64,000 bases of DNA, from the NCBI GenBank assembly GCA_963665665.1, contig OY762428.1:2880001-2944000 (forward strand). The letters are read 5' to 3'. Of the stretch, positions 29,224 to 38,570 are shown piece by piece. The stretch comes from Candidatus Kapaibacterium sp. Lineage in GTDB: Bacteria; Bacteroidota; Ignavibacteria; Kapaibacteriales; UBA2268. The notes beneath the pieces are model-generated. The model searched no databases. It saw only the letters and a program-made list of their open reading frames with translations, and had not been told where the DNA came from. Position numbers and translations under genes: made by a program. How positions within the stretch are numbered: position 1 is the stretch's first letter; every line of letters starts with the position of its first letter.

Positions 29224-31655
29224 GCCTGTACCAGTCCGCTTTCAAATGGGAATTCAGTGATATCAAGGATAAAGCTCTTCTCGGAATCTATTTTGCCAAG
29301 ACAGAGTATCATGTCTTCGTTTGCTGTTGGCGTTTCAAGTATTTCCTCAGTAATATTAGTTTCGATTAGGTTAGTCCTTGCAAATATCTGTCCACTGATA
29401 TTAGTAAAACTGTATCCATCGTAATATACCCGGCCGCTTATCTGGACAATTATTTTATCTCCGGTAGTTCCATTCTCTTTAGCAATGCCGATTGTCTTAT
29501 TCTGATATCCGCTATAGCTCAGGGATTTTGCCAGTTTGCCATTATCCAACAGCATTACAGCATCTCCGGCAAGGATTTCCTCGTTATCCTCCACATCATA
29601 ACTTTCGATAACAACCGAATCATCTGACAGAAAACCGAACTGATTGCTTGTGAACATGAAGAGTGGCAATTGCCCTTCATCGCCGTCCCACCAGCCAAAA
29701 GCAAAACGCTCGAGAGAATGCAGTTTGAGCTTGGTTTCAGGTTTCTGCAGGTTGATTTCAATTCCAACGACCACATAATCCCGCACCACCTGTTCCTCAA
29801 TCCATGTCCCGTCATACCTTTTTACTGTTTCAGCAAGTTTGATTTTCGAGCCAAGAGATATATTCTTCCATGAAGGATTCGAGCCGTCAGCATTCTTTGA
29901 AAAGCCGTTCCAGAAAGGCACTGTCAGACTGTACTCAGTTTCATAATACTGCTTGTCCCTTGACAGAATGTAATTCACATACTTTGTCAGGGAATCGAAA
30001 TCCATATCGCTGTCATTTATCTTAGCGAAAACCTTTGATGCAGGCCTCCAGACCGGAGTTGTACCGAGCCTGCCTATCTGGTTTGCTTTGATCGGGGCAG
30101 TCTTCAGATAGATTCCTGAATGAAGCCTTTCAGTTGCAGCGCTGTTGCCATTTCCGGGAGCATTCGCAAGGCTATATAGCCCGTATGTATCCCAGGAAAC
30201 ATTATTCTGTGTTATATTCATGGGAGCAGTTTTAAAGGCATGACCACCATAGCTGTTAACCGCATCAAGAGTGTGGGTAATTACTGAAGTAGTGAGCAGA
30301 AGCCTTTCTGACTCAATGCCTTTTTTCTCTTTTGCATACTTCCTTTCCTGATCGGCATCCTGAAATTTCTTTGATGGAAGCGGTTCGTTGGTATTGGCTT
30401 TATTGATAATCTCATCAAATTCATCAACGGCCAAGTTGTTTCCCAGCCCATAAAATTCATTCGACTCCTTAGTAATCACCGAGCTTGTATCAAAACCTGC
30501 TTCCTCAGCTCCAATAAGATAAGTATATTCATCCTCTACAAGCCCTTTTCGGGACTTAAATTCTATGTTGATGCTTGTTCCTGATGTGTATGATATAAAC
30601 AGATAACAGGCAAATGACCGGGCAATCTCAAAGAGCAGGTCTGAAACATTGTCGATATTCTTGAAGGAATAGGATTTCTCGCTCGAAACCTGATTCTTCT
30701 GCCATTCCTCTTGCTGAGTGTTACCCAATGAAGGATCTATCATCTTCCGGTGAATAAAAGGTGCGCTCCAATCTACCCCGGAATCTGAATTTGAGAGCTT
30801 CAATTCAATTCGTACCGTCTGTTCTGTCTTTACTTCCGTTACATCAATATTAAATTCTTCCTCTAATTCAAAAGATACAGGTGAAGACTGGATACCAAGT
30901 GATTTTTCAACAAGGTTCAATGCCATATTCGTATTTGTTAACTGGGCAATTATCTCGGAAGCTTTATCCAGGTAAAGGTCAATTACCTTATAAAGATTAC
31001 CAAGATGGCAGAAGTAAGCATAAGGAGTAACGACGCTGGAAGTTGAATAGGCAAGCCTGTAATTGAAAATATTCTTTATCGATGACCAGTTCTCAGCTTC
31101 AAATCTTTCATAAATATTTGAAACCGGAGTTCCGGACATATCTTCAATATTTCCGGTCAGCTTAACCTGATCGAGAATGGAAATATCGAAGCTGTATGCA
31201 GAAAGCTTGTACTCCCTTTTTGGATTGACAATATACTCGTATTCCTGACCTTCCCAATATTTATCATCCCCACTTATTTTATTACCTATTTTTCCAATAA
31301 AAAGCATATTGGTAAGGCTTGCAGTCTCACCGAAGAACAAAGCACAGTAGCGGTTTACCTTGATATTCGCTGAATCAAGAACAAAATACATAGCTTTGAA
31401 ATCATCTTCACTCTGGCAGGTCAGATGAGAAACGGAAAAAGGCAGTTCGTCAATAGCATAACTGCCTTCCTCAGTATTCAGATCTTTTTTTACAGATTCA
31501 AGCATGAAAATATCAGTCTCTGAACCAATATCCTGAAATAATTCAGTATAGGTATCTGAAACCGCAAACAGTACCGATTGAACGCCGAAAAGGTATTCTC
31601 TATATTGATATTTCTGGAAGAATCTCATAGAAAGCCAACTAATTTCTTTAATCAT
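29220..31655 (-). CDS. Large phage structural (tail tip/hub-like) protein
   Basis: 811 aa; hub-like LGSKIKL..YVVVGIEINL segment; C-terminal ILAGDAV..IGIA..G..IIVQISG beta domain. Confidence 0.55.
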   Translation of the reverse strand: MIKEISWLSMRFFQKYQYREYLFGVQSVLFAVSDTYTELFQDIGSETDIFMLESVKKDLNTEEGSYAIDELPFSVSHLTCQSEDDFKAMYFVLDSANIKVNRYCALFFGETASLTNMLFIGKIGNKISGDDKYWEGQEYEYIVNPKREYKLSAYSFDISILDQVKLTGNIEDMSGTPVSNIYERFEAENWSSIKNIFNYRLAYSTSSVVTPYAYFCHLGNLYKVIDLYLDKASEIIAQLTNTNMALNLVEKSLGIQSSPVSFELEEEFNIDVTEVKTEQTVRIELKLSNSDSGVDWSAPFIHRKMIDPSLGNTQQEEWQKNQVSSEKSYSFKNIDNVSDLLFEIARSFACYLFISYTSGTSINIEFKSRKGLVEDEYTYLIGAEEAGFDTSSVITKESNEFYGLGNNLAVDEFDEIINKANTNEPLPSKKFQDADQERKYAKEKKGIESERLLLTTSVITHTLDAVNSYGGHAFKTAPMNITQNNVSWDTYGLYSLANAPGNGNSAATERLHSGIYLKTAPIKANQIGRLGTTPVWRPASKVFAKINDSDMDFDSLTKYVNYILSRDKQYYETEYSLTVPFWNGFSKNADGSNPSWKNISLGSKIKLAETVKRYDGTWIEEQVVRDYVVVGIEINLQKPETKLKLHSLERFAFGWWDGDEGQLPLFMFTSNQFGFLSDDSVVIESYDVEDNEEILAGDAVMLLDNGKLAKSLSYSGYQNKTIGIAKENGTTGDKIIVQISGRVYYDGYSFTNISGQIFARTNLIETNITEEILETPTANEDMILCLGKIDSEKSFILDITEFPFESGLVQA

Positions 31656-31661
31656 TAACTG

Positions 31662-31717
31662 GCAATCTAAATGTTCAGTATGTATTTTTACAGGTATTGA
31701 GTGTCAATAGGAAATGA
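31662..31717 (-). promoter_or_regulatory. Putative phage late promoter, copy 2
   Basis: Minus strand TCATTTCCTATTGACACTCAATACCTGTAAAAATAC-N12-TAGATTGC. Confidence 0.7.
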
Positions 31718-31840
31718 AAGAATCAATGAAATGGGGATACAAAATGATGGCATTTCTATCCTTTTACCAGATAATAGTATCATAAAGTTAGTAATCTCGA
31801 TGATATATAGTGCAAAATACTACTATTATGGTTTAACCAT

Positions 31841-32740
31841 TTATTGACGTTCTGGAGGTAAAATTATATCTCCTTCATCATAAGATGCTATTGACAAAAC
31901 ATCTTGAATATAAGATTGAAATGGAGGTGGATATAGCTGTGTGGAAGTTAAATGTTCATATAAAGATAGCATTAATAAAATTAATGCATGGGCATCACAA
32001 TCTTCTTTATTGAACTTGAAAGAGACTAAACCAGACTTAGGGTCTTTTTTTTCGTAAGATTTAATGGCTATCGGACCTAAATTTATGCCGTTTTTGATAA
32101 ATTCCAATTTTGATCTAACAATAATTTTTCCATCTAAACAGCAAATAATATTAGGAATTAATTCTTTGTTTACATTTGTAAATTCGCTTTTTAAAGAACC
32201 TTTATCCATATCATTCGAATCGCCAATAATCACAAAATGAAATAAATCATTCTGTCTTTCACCTTTTCTATTTATTGATAAATTATCTCCAAGACTAACT
32301 CCATTTCCAACATATGATAAGGGAACTGATTCTCTTGCCATACCGTTCATAACTTGATTAATTGCATTAACAAAGTTTTCTAAATACTTTTTGGATTTAT
32401 AATAAGTTGATTTGATCTCACCAATAGCATATACAGATTCATATGGAAAATATTCAGTCCCATTTTCACTATCATAAAGAATCTGAGTTGTCGTAGAATC
32501 GGCAATAATTATATCAAATTGAGGGCTAACGGATAAATTCTTATCCACTATGTGGCCATGCCCAATGTAGAATTTTTGGGGCAATCTTTTTTTCAAAAAC
32601 TTTCTAATAGGTATTTCAAGTTCATCTCCACTAGCATCGATGTCACCAGTATTATGAATGATTTTTGATGAATTTCTTGCTGATTTTATTCTCTCCACTT
32701 CTTGTTTGTAGATATTTTCTATTGGAAATTTTTTCATCAT
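31841..32740 (-). CDS. DUF6602-like PD-(D/E)XK nuclease-fold protein (cargo, candidate defence gene)
   Basis: GDELE..IRKFL..LP..GHIVD..SPQFDIII..PYESVYAIGEIKS pattern; AT-rich. Confidence 0.7.
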   Translation of the reverse strand: MMKKFPIENIYKQEVERIKSARNSSKIIHNTGDIDASGDELEIPIRKFLKKRLPQKFYIGHGHIVDKNLSVSPQFDIIIADSTTTQILYDSENGTEYFPYESVYAIGEIKSTYYKSKKYLENFVNAINQVMNGMARESVPLSYVGNGVSLGDNLSINRKGERQNDLFHFVIIGDSNDMDKGSLKSEFTNVNKELIPNIICCLDGKIIVRSKLEFIKNGINLGPIAIKSYEKKDPKSGLVSFKFNKEDCDAHALILLMLSLYEHLTSTQLYPPPFQSYIQDVLSIASYDEGDIILPPERQ

Positions 32741-32875
32741 TAAACTTTCAATTCATTATAATTATAAATTTATCAATATAAAATATAGAAATGTTTGGAA
32801 TTTTTCAATTTATATAACAAGAATCTTTATCTCATATTCCTTATTTACTAGTAAATGTATAAAAATTTAATATTT

Positions 32876-33598
32876 CTATACATAAGTAATATTCGACACA
32901 ACCGCCACATCTCCGTCAAGCAACTGCAAAGCCTCTGCAGAGACAATATCAGGCGGAAGAATACCTTCTACATCAAGCCCTGTACCGCCAAGTTTCCATG
33001 TGATTGCAGTAAATAAACCTACAGCGGTCAGATCAGCTTCAACAAGCCCTGAATTCTTATAGGAAACAAATGTCATTGTCAGGCTTGCCGGGTTGTTGTT
33101 CAGCTGCTGCTCAATGTCATTGTTGATCTTGCCTATCATGTGGATATAGCCGTCCGGCTTTCTGAGTGTTGCATCAGTCCTTGCTTTGTGAGAATAACCT
33201 GTACCAATAGTTATCATAAATAAAGCTCCCAGTTTTCCCTGTAATTCTTTCAAAAATGCAGTCCATGAATTGGATTCCATCGGAGCCTCATTAGCCACGA
33301 GAGTTATCTCGCCTTTGCTTGTAGCATCACTTGAAGAATCAGCCGGTGTAATATCAGTTTCATCAATACCGGACAGAATGAGATTCGTTTTCGGGAAACG
33401 AATAATAGCCCCATCAGAGCGGTTGATATCAATATTATCCGAACCGGCGGAATCAGAACCCGGTTTCATCAGCTTATATGTTGAAGACTGCAGGTTGTTG
33501 AATTTCCACAGCTCAGTTATTGTATTGCTCTCAATCAGATGTACCCAGCCAAAGGGCGAGCCAGTCAGGATTATCTTTTTATCAGTTGTAGTCGGCAT
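32876..33598 (-). CDS. Putative major tail (tube) protein
   Basis: 240-aa acidic, T/S/G-rich beta-type protein with AGGAG RBS, within the tail module. Confidence 0.45.
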   Translation of the reverse strand: MPTTTDKKIILTGSPFGWVHLIESNTITELWKFNNLQSSTYKLMKPGSDSAGSDNIDINRSDGAIIRFPKTNLILSGIDETDITPADSSSDATSKGEITLVANEAPMESNSWTAFLKELQGKLGALFMITIGTGYSHKARTDATLRKPDGYIHMIGKINNDIEQQLNNNPASLTMTFVSYKNSGLVEADLTAVGLFTAITWKLGGTGLDVEGILPPDIVSAEALQLLDGDVAVVSNITYV

Positions 33599-33611
33599 TT
33601 CAAACTCCTAT

Positions 33612-33782
33612 CTATTTATTAATATTATCTTCTTCAATCGGAACAGCTTCGAGATTTTCCTCTTTGGTTATTGGTGAAGCCTTGATTTCGTTCAGCAAGT
33701 CAATTACCAGCTTAAATGGTTTGTCTTCCAATAGCTGTACAATCCTGTTAAGCGTTTTCTCATTAATGATGTATTCCTGCAT
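33612..33782 (-). CDS. Small phage protein, 56 aa (not in ORF track)
   Basis: AGAGGT RBS then MQEYIINEKTLNRIVQLLEDKPFKLVIDLLNEIKASPITKEENLEAVPIEEDNINK*; fills the gap between two genes. Confidence 0.7.
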   Translation of the reverse strand: MQEYIINEKTLNRIVQLLEDKPFKLVIDLLNEIKASPITKEENLEAVPIEEDNINK

Positions 33783-33792
33783 TCTTACCTCT

Positions 33793-35328
33793 TTAAATTA
33801 TTTCATTACAAACAATTCCTTCAGTGCCACCTAAATACCGGGCATGAAGATAGCCACCAAGTATCTGCCTGAATGAACCGTTCGGCAGAGTAGCTTTCCA
33901 TTTAACATCTCTTTGTCCGCATAGTTCGAGCTGGACAAACATCATCACGCTTCCCTGAAGAGAATTATTATACCATTCCGGCAATTGTTGTTGGGGGAGA
34001 GGTATGAAATTTCCACTTTCGTCAATCAATCTCCAACTGTCTCCGGGAGTATCTAGTTCAAGGGTCTGCGGATTTTCTGTTCTGTAATTCGTTACCTGGT
34101 CAGAATCATATTCAATAACCCGTAAAAACATATCAAAATGATAGAAACCGTCAAATGGGAGACCTTCATTATCATCTGCCGGAACATTGCCAGTGATGAT
34201 GGTTACAGGGGTAATACTACTCTCAGGAATATCGAATCTTTTAAACCATGACGTTTTTGCACATTTTATCACCGTCATTTTAATATGGAATAGTTCGAAA
34301 TTCTGAATTGGTATAACCGGGTTGCCATGATCATCCGGCTGGTCGGAGAGCGAGCATCCTATAAAAATATCTTCATCGGATGTGAAGATAAATTCTTCGT
34401 TGAAGCTTATAGTATCACCAGATGACCAGACGTATTCTGTTGACCGGATAAAGGTCCAGGCAGAGCTTTCATCAGACCTTGTTAGGTATTGGCAATAAAT
34501 TGGCTGTGATGTAAAATCTGTATTACAGTCATTATCTGAAGGATTTGCTCCCCATTCACCTTCGATTTTTATTTTGAAATAATAACAGGGATCACCAGTG
34601 ATTTTCAATCCTTTTGGAACATCTCCAAGCATCAGTTTATCACCTGATGAACTTGATATTAATTCATAAATCAGATGGTTCTTGCAGCATATAATTTGTT
34701 TCAGTTCCTGTGTTAAATCATTCCGGGTTAGGTAAGAATCATCCTCTTTGCGTTCAAAACTAATCAGTACCCATTTTTCAATATTGTTGTTATATGAAAA
34801 TTCAGCTTTTGTTACTTTGTCAATATTTGTATTTGTTCCTGTATCGATCTTTTTATGATTTGCCGGTATTGTCTGTGTGGAATTGTCCTTAATGTTGAAC
34901 CAGGATCCGTCTTTTGCCGTATAAACAAAACGCCTTCCCTTTAAATCATCCCAGTCTGTTACAGTTCCGGAACTGCCGATGAAATGCAGAGTGCCGAGAG
35001 TATTTGAAGAATTATCGTTGTATCCTTCCGATAAATTTATATTTGAATCTGACTGGTGTAGAAAATTGCTGGTTGCGCTTGTGACAGTATCATCATCCCT
35101 TGGATTTGCCGGATCCAGTGAATTTGTAGATTCATCGGTCCAGGATTTATTATCCCAGGTATTCCAGTTGGTGCCATCCCATACCCAAATCTTATCGTTA
35201 TAATAAACAGAATAACCCTTTTCATCAGTTCCCAATCCTGTTGGCAGAGAGCTTACATTTTCCAGTCTTCCTTTCATAATCTCAGTGAAGTTGAAGTCTG
35301 TATCATCAAGTATTGGCCTGCCTGACAT
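33793..35328 (-). CDS. Putative tail fibre/receptor-binding protein
   Basis: Start MSGRPILDD after AAGGAGG; N-terminus resembles that of the preceding fibre gene; IWVWDGTNW motif. Confidence 0.55.
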   Translation of the reverse strand: MSGRPILDDTDFNFTEIMKGRLENVSSLPTGLGTDEKGYSVYYNDKIWVWDGTNWNTWDNKSWTDESTNSLDPANPRDDDTVTSATSNFLHQSDSNINLSEGYNDNSSNTLGTLHFIGSSGTVTDWDDLKGRRFVYTAKDGSWFNIKDNSTQTIPANHKKIDTGTNTNIDKVTKAEFSYNNNIEKWVLISFERKEDDSYLTRNDLTQELKQIICCKNHLIYELISSSSGDKLMLGDVPKGLKITGDPCYYFKIKIEGEWGANPSDNDCNTDFTSQPIYCQYLTRSDESSAWTFIRSTEYVWSSGDTISFNEEFIFTSDEDIFIGCSLSDQPDDHGNPVIPIQNFELFHIKMTVIKCAKTSWFKRFDIPESSITPVTIITGNVPADDNEGLPFDGFYHFDMFLRVIEYDSDQVTNYRTENPQTLELDTPGDSWRLIDESGNFIPLPQQQLPEWYNNSLQGSVMMFVQLELCGQRDVKWKATLPNGSFRQILGGYLHARYLGGTEGIVCNEII

Positions 35329-35338
35329 ATCTTCCTCC

Positions 35339-36922
35339 TTATCCGATAATAACCACTTTATAAACCTTACCGGATGCCGGAGCAGTTTTAAAAGAAAACT
35401 TAGCATTGTTGGTATCGTACCTCTCAATTAGTGGATAAGCAGAATAGCCGCTTGTGCTGTCATAAACATCTATCAGGATATCCTTTGAAGCAAGGTTGTG
35501 AGCTATCGTGAATGTTGTAGTTGCAGCATTGCCGGTGATTGTTCCAAGAACCTTCTTGTTCTTATAAGCCCCTTTGATCTGAAGCTGATTCCCGACAATT
35601 TCAAGTGTTGAATCATCTACATTTATCTTCAATCCACTGGCAGTTTTAGTAATACCGCCGGTAGCGTCAAGTTTTGCCTGTAATGTATCGCCGCTGATCT
35701 CAATTGATTGGTTATCAACATTGATATCCAATTGATTGCCTGTTTTTGATAAGCCCAAGCCAGCAACTATCTGTGATGCCCCGGTAAACTGTGTCCACGA
35801 TACGGCAGTTGTTCCAAGTGTCCCACCGTTATCAACAGTACATATCCATGCGGTATCAGCATTGACAGAGCCTTCCTCAACGAATACAGAAGCGGAAACC
35901 AATTCAGCCCAGGTATCATTATCATTTGCTCTTGACCATGAAGTGGAAGCCACAATATAAATACCATTTTGTGCGGCTGTTGTCTGATTTTTAACCAGAA
36001 TTCTGTCGCCGGCAACGAGACTTTTACCATCAATTGTCTGTGTTCCGGATAAAGTTAAATTGCCTGTTGAGGCTACACGAACGCTGTTCTTCCAGTCCAG
36101 ACCTGAAACGGCATTATCAACATAATTCTTTGTTGCGGCATCCTGCGGACTGGTTGGATCGGAAAGATTAGTAATTTTCTGACTATTCAGGTTAAGAGAT
36201 GTAGTGGGTAAAGCCATCTGGTCAAGCCTGTTCTGTCTTACTCCTGTATCGAAGTCAGTAATCTGCGTATGAACATGTGTATGAGATGGAAGATCTCCTG
36301 AACTGAGATTGGTTGCAGAAGTTACCCGGCCTTTAGCATCAACGGTTACTTTGGTATATGTTCCGGCAGCCACTCCGGTATTTGTAAGCTGAATACCATT
36401 GGATACTATCTCAATTCCACCACCGGAAACAATCCTGACATCTGCTTTGATTGAATTGCTGGCATCCGTATAGGTAAGATCAACGGAGTCAGTATCAGTA
36501 AGAGTTGATCCAACAGCATCCTGAGCGGCTTCATTGAAATTGGAGATTGTAGAAGCCGACTGTGTTCCGGTATGATTGGAACGGCTAAGGTAATATGAGC
36601 CATGCTGACTATCAAGGGTATCGGCATTATCAGCCTCTTCTACGATTCCGTCATTATCTGTATCATATACAGATTTCTGCATATCCGGATATATCCAGCT
36701 TGTAGCAGTCCTGTAGCCAAATTTACCATCGCCATTAACATTGTCAGTTTTTCCAGTATTATGCAATATCTGTCCGGCTAATGGCGATGCAGGCTCAGAA
36801 GCCAGATTCTGCACAACGGCATTCCTTATCTCGTTTTTATCCAAATCCAGATAACCTGTGCTGTTCAGGATTTTCAGGATTCCCGATAAATCTATATCAT
36901 TCAAAAATGGAATTGACGGCAC
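35339..36922 (-). CDS. Phage fibre/structural protein
   Basis: AGTYTKVTVDAKGRVT, DAATKNYVD..LDWKNSVRVA..IDG..GDRILVKNQ..NGIY motifs; GTG start after GAGGT. Confidence 0.8.
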   Translation of the reverse strand: MPSIPFLNDIDLSGILKILNSTGYLDLDKNEIRNAVVQNLASEPASPLAGQILHNTGKTDNVNGDGKFGYRTATSWIYPDMQKSVYDTDNDGIVEEADNADTLDSQHGSYYLSRSNHTGTQSASTISNFNEAAQDAVGSTLTDTDSVDLTYTDASNSIKADVRIVSGGGIEIVSNGIQLTNTGVAAGTYTKVTVDAKGRVTSATNLSSGDLPSHTHVHTQITDFDTGVRQNRLDQMALPTTSLNLNSQKITNLSDPTSPQDAATKNYVDNAVSGLDWKNSVRVASTGNLTLSGTQTIDGKSLVAGDRILVKNQTTAAQNGIYIVASTSWSRANDNDTWAELVSASVFVEEGSVNADTAWICTVDNGGTLGTTAVSWTQFTGASQIVAGLGLSKTGNQLDINVDNQSIEISGDTLQAKLDATGGITKTASGLKINVDDSTLEIVGNQLQIKGAYKNKKVLGTITGNAATTTFTIAHNLASKDILIDVYDSTSGYSAYPLIERYDTNNAKFSFKTAPASGKVYKVVIIG

Positions 36923-36931
36923 ACACACCTC

Positions 36932-37002
36932 AGTTTACAGTTGACAATTGATAGTGGACAGTTTTTCTTTAACTATCAACTATCCACTGTAAACTATCAA
37001 CT
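36932..37002. repeat. Inverted heptamer arrays (AGTTGAY.. / ..ACTATCA)
   Basis: AGTTTAC AGTTGAC AATTGAT AGTGGAC AGT ... ACTATCA ACTATCC ACTGTAA ACTATCA ACT. Confidence 0.85.
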
Positions 37003-37044
37003 ACTCTTGTATTATTACAGGTATTGAGTGTGGGTAGGGAGTGA
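36989..37044 (-). promoter_or_regulatory. Putative phage late promoter, copy 3
   Basis: Minus strand TCACTCCCTACCCACACTCAATACCTGTAATAATAC-N12-TAGTTTAC. Confidence 0.75.
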
Positions 37045-37184
37045 GGTTTATATTTCTACAAATCCAGTTAATTCTCATGGAAAGCTATGGCTCTTATAAA
37101 AAGAAAAAGCTGAACCTTTTATTGAGATTCCAGTTTTTCTGTGAATACCTTGGCAGATGAGGATTTGAAGAAAAATTAGCATTG

Positions 37185-38546
37185 CTACTTTAAAAATTTA
37201 AATTCTACCCTTCTGTTTTTTGCTTTGCCTTCATCAGTTTTATTATCTGCAATAGGTTTAGATTCTCCATATCCAATAGCAATAAGATTATTTTTGTTAA
37301 TACCTTTTTTGATTAAATAGTTTACAACTGATTGGGCCCTTGATTGTGACAAACGTTTGTTGTAGGAGTCGCTGCCATCACTATCAGTATGACCGGAAAT
37401 TTCTACCTTAACATTTGGATATTCCTTAAGCAATTCAACTAATCTATCGAGTTCGGAATATGATTCGGGCCTCAAATCCGATTTATTATATTCAAAAAAG
37501 ATATTGTTTACAGTAATACTCCCATCCCAGGGTTTCTTCATTATAATGTCTTTAGTTATGGTAGTTTCTTTCTTTTGACCTTTCAACATTGCATTATCAG
37601 ATATGCTTGAGTATCCCTTCTTTTGAAAATAAAATGCATAATTCGAGCCTATAGGAACTTTGAATTCATAGCTCCCATCAGACGGCGAACTATTTGTAGT
37701 TCCTATTTCAACATTTTTATAATTCTCGCTCATCAGCTCCCACCCTACTTTAACTTCCAAAGGCGATCCGTTCGTCGTTTTTACAGTTCCTTTTACGGTT
37801 GCAAAGACAGGCGTTCCTTCGCCAAAAAGCTTTAGTATTGCAGGCTGCGTCTGGTTTTCATAACTTACGATTATTCTGCCGTCCGTCCTTCCGTCCTTCA
37901 CGGGAGCAAAACCGATATTCAATTCTTTGGTTTCATTCGGAGCCAAAGAAAAAGGAGTAAATTTATCGGTTAAAGAAAACTGCGAACCGGACTCGTTATC
38001 GATCGAAATTGAAGTAATTTTTATCGGACTTGTACCTATATTTTTTATCGCTTTCGATATAGCCCTGTCCGATTGAGAAAATATCGGGACTTTGCCAAAA
38101 TCGACAATTCCGGAATAAACTTCGATTTTCGCCTCGACGCTCTCGCCCGAGATTTTATAGATCAGCGTATCGGCCTGCGTTACTATAACGACGTCGGCCG
38201 TTTTCATTCCTGAGCTTTGCGGATTAAAGCGAAACTCGATATCCCTGCCAGAATTCGACGGAATAGAAAAGGGGAACACATACGTCAAAAGCCGGAAATC
38301 ATTAGCATGATCTCCGGCAATAGTAATATTATCAATCCTAACAGCAAACTTTCCCGTATTTTGTAAATAACCGGCAAAAACGGAATCCTTTTTTGTATTA
38401 TTCAATACTTGCCCGAAATCAATATCCATTGCCGACGCTTTGGGAACGATAATTGAAAGTCGATTGTCTGATTTGTCCTGGATTTGAGCTAAAGTCTCAA
38501 TATGTAGAGACAACAGCAAAACAATATATAAAATTAAATATTTCAT
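37185..38546 (-). CDS. Secreted OmpA-C-domain protein with two ASH/choice-of-anchor-D Ig domains (cargo)
   Basis: Signal peptide; DIDFGQV/VDFGKV Ig repeats; NIFFEYNKS..EISGHTD..LSQSRA..GYGESKP..NRRVEF. Confidence 0.88.
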   Translation of the reverse strand: MKYLILYIVLLLSLHIETLAQIQDKSDNRLSIIVPKASAMDIDFGQVLNNTKKDSVFAGYLQNTGKFAVRIDNITIAGDHANDFRLLTYVFPFSIPSNSGRDIEFRFNPQSSGMKTADVVIVTQADTLIYKISGESVEAKIEVYSGIVDFGKVPIFSQSDRAISKAIKNIGTSPIKITSISIDNESGSQFSLTDKFTPFSLAPNETKELNIGFAPVKDGRTDGRIIVSYENQTQPAILKLFGEGTPVFATVKGTVKTTNGSPLEVKVGWELMSENYKNVEIGTTNSSPSDGSYEFKVPIGSNYAFYFQKKGYSSISDNAMLKGQKKETTITKDIIMKKPWDGSITVNNIFFEYNKSDLRPESYSELDRLVELLKEYPNVKVEISGHTDSDGSDSYNKRLSQSRAQSVVNYLIKKGINKNNLIAIGYGESKPIADNKTDEGKAKNRRVEFKFLK

Positions 38547-38570
38547 TCTTATATCCTTAATAATTTCAAA

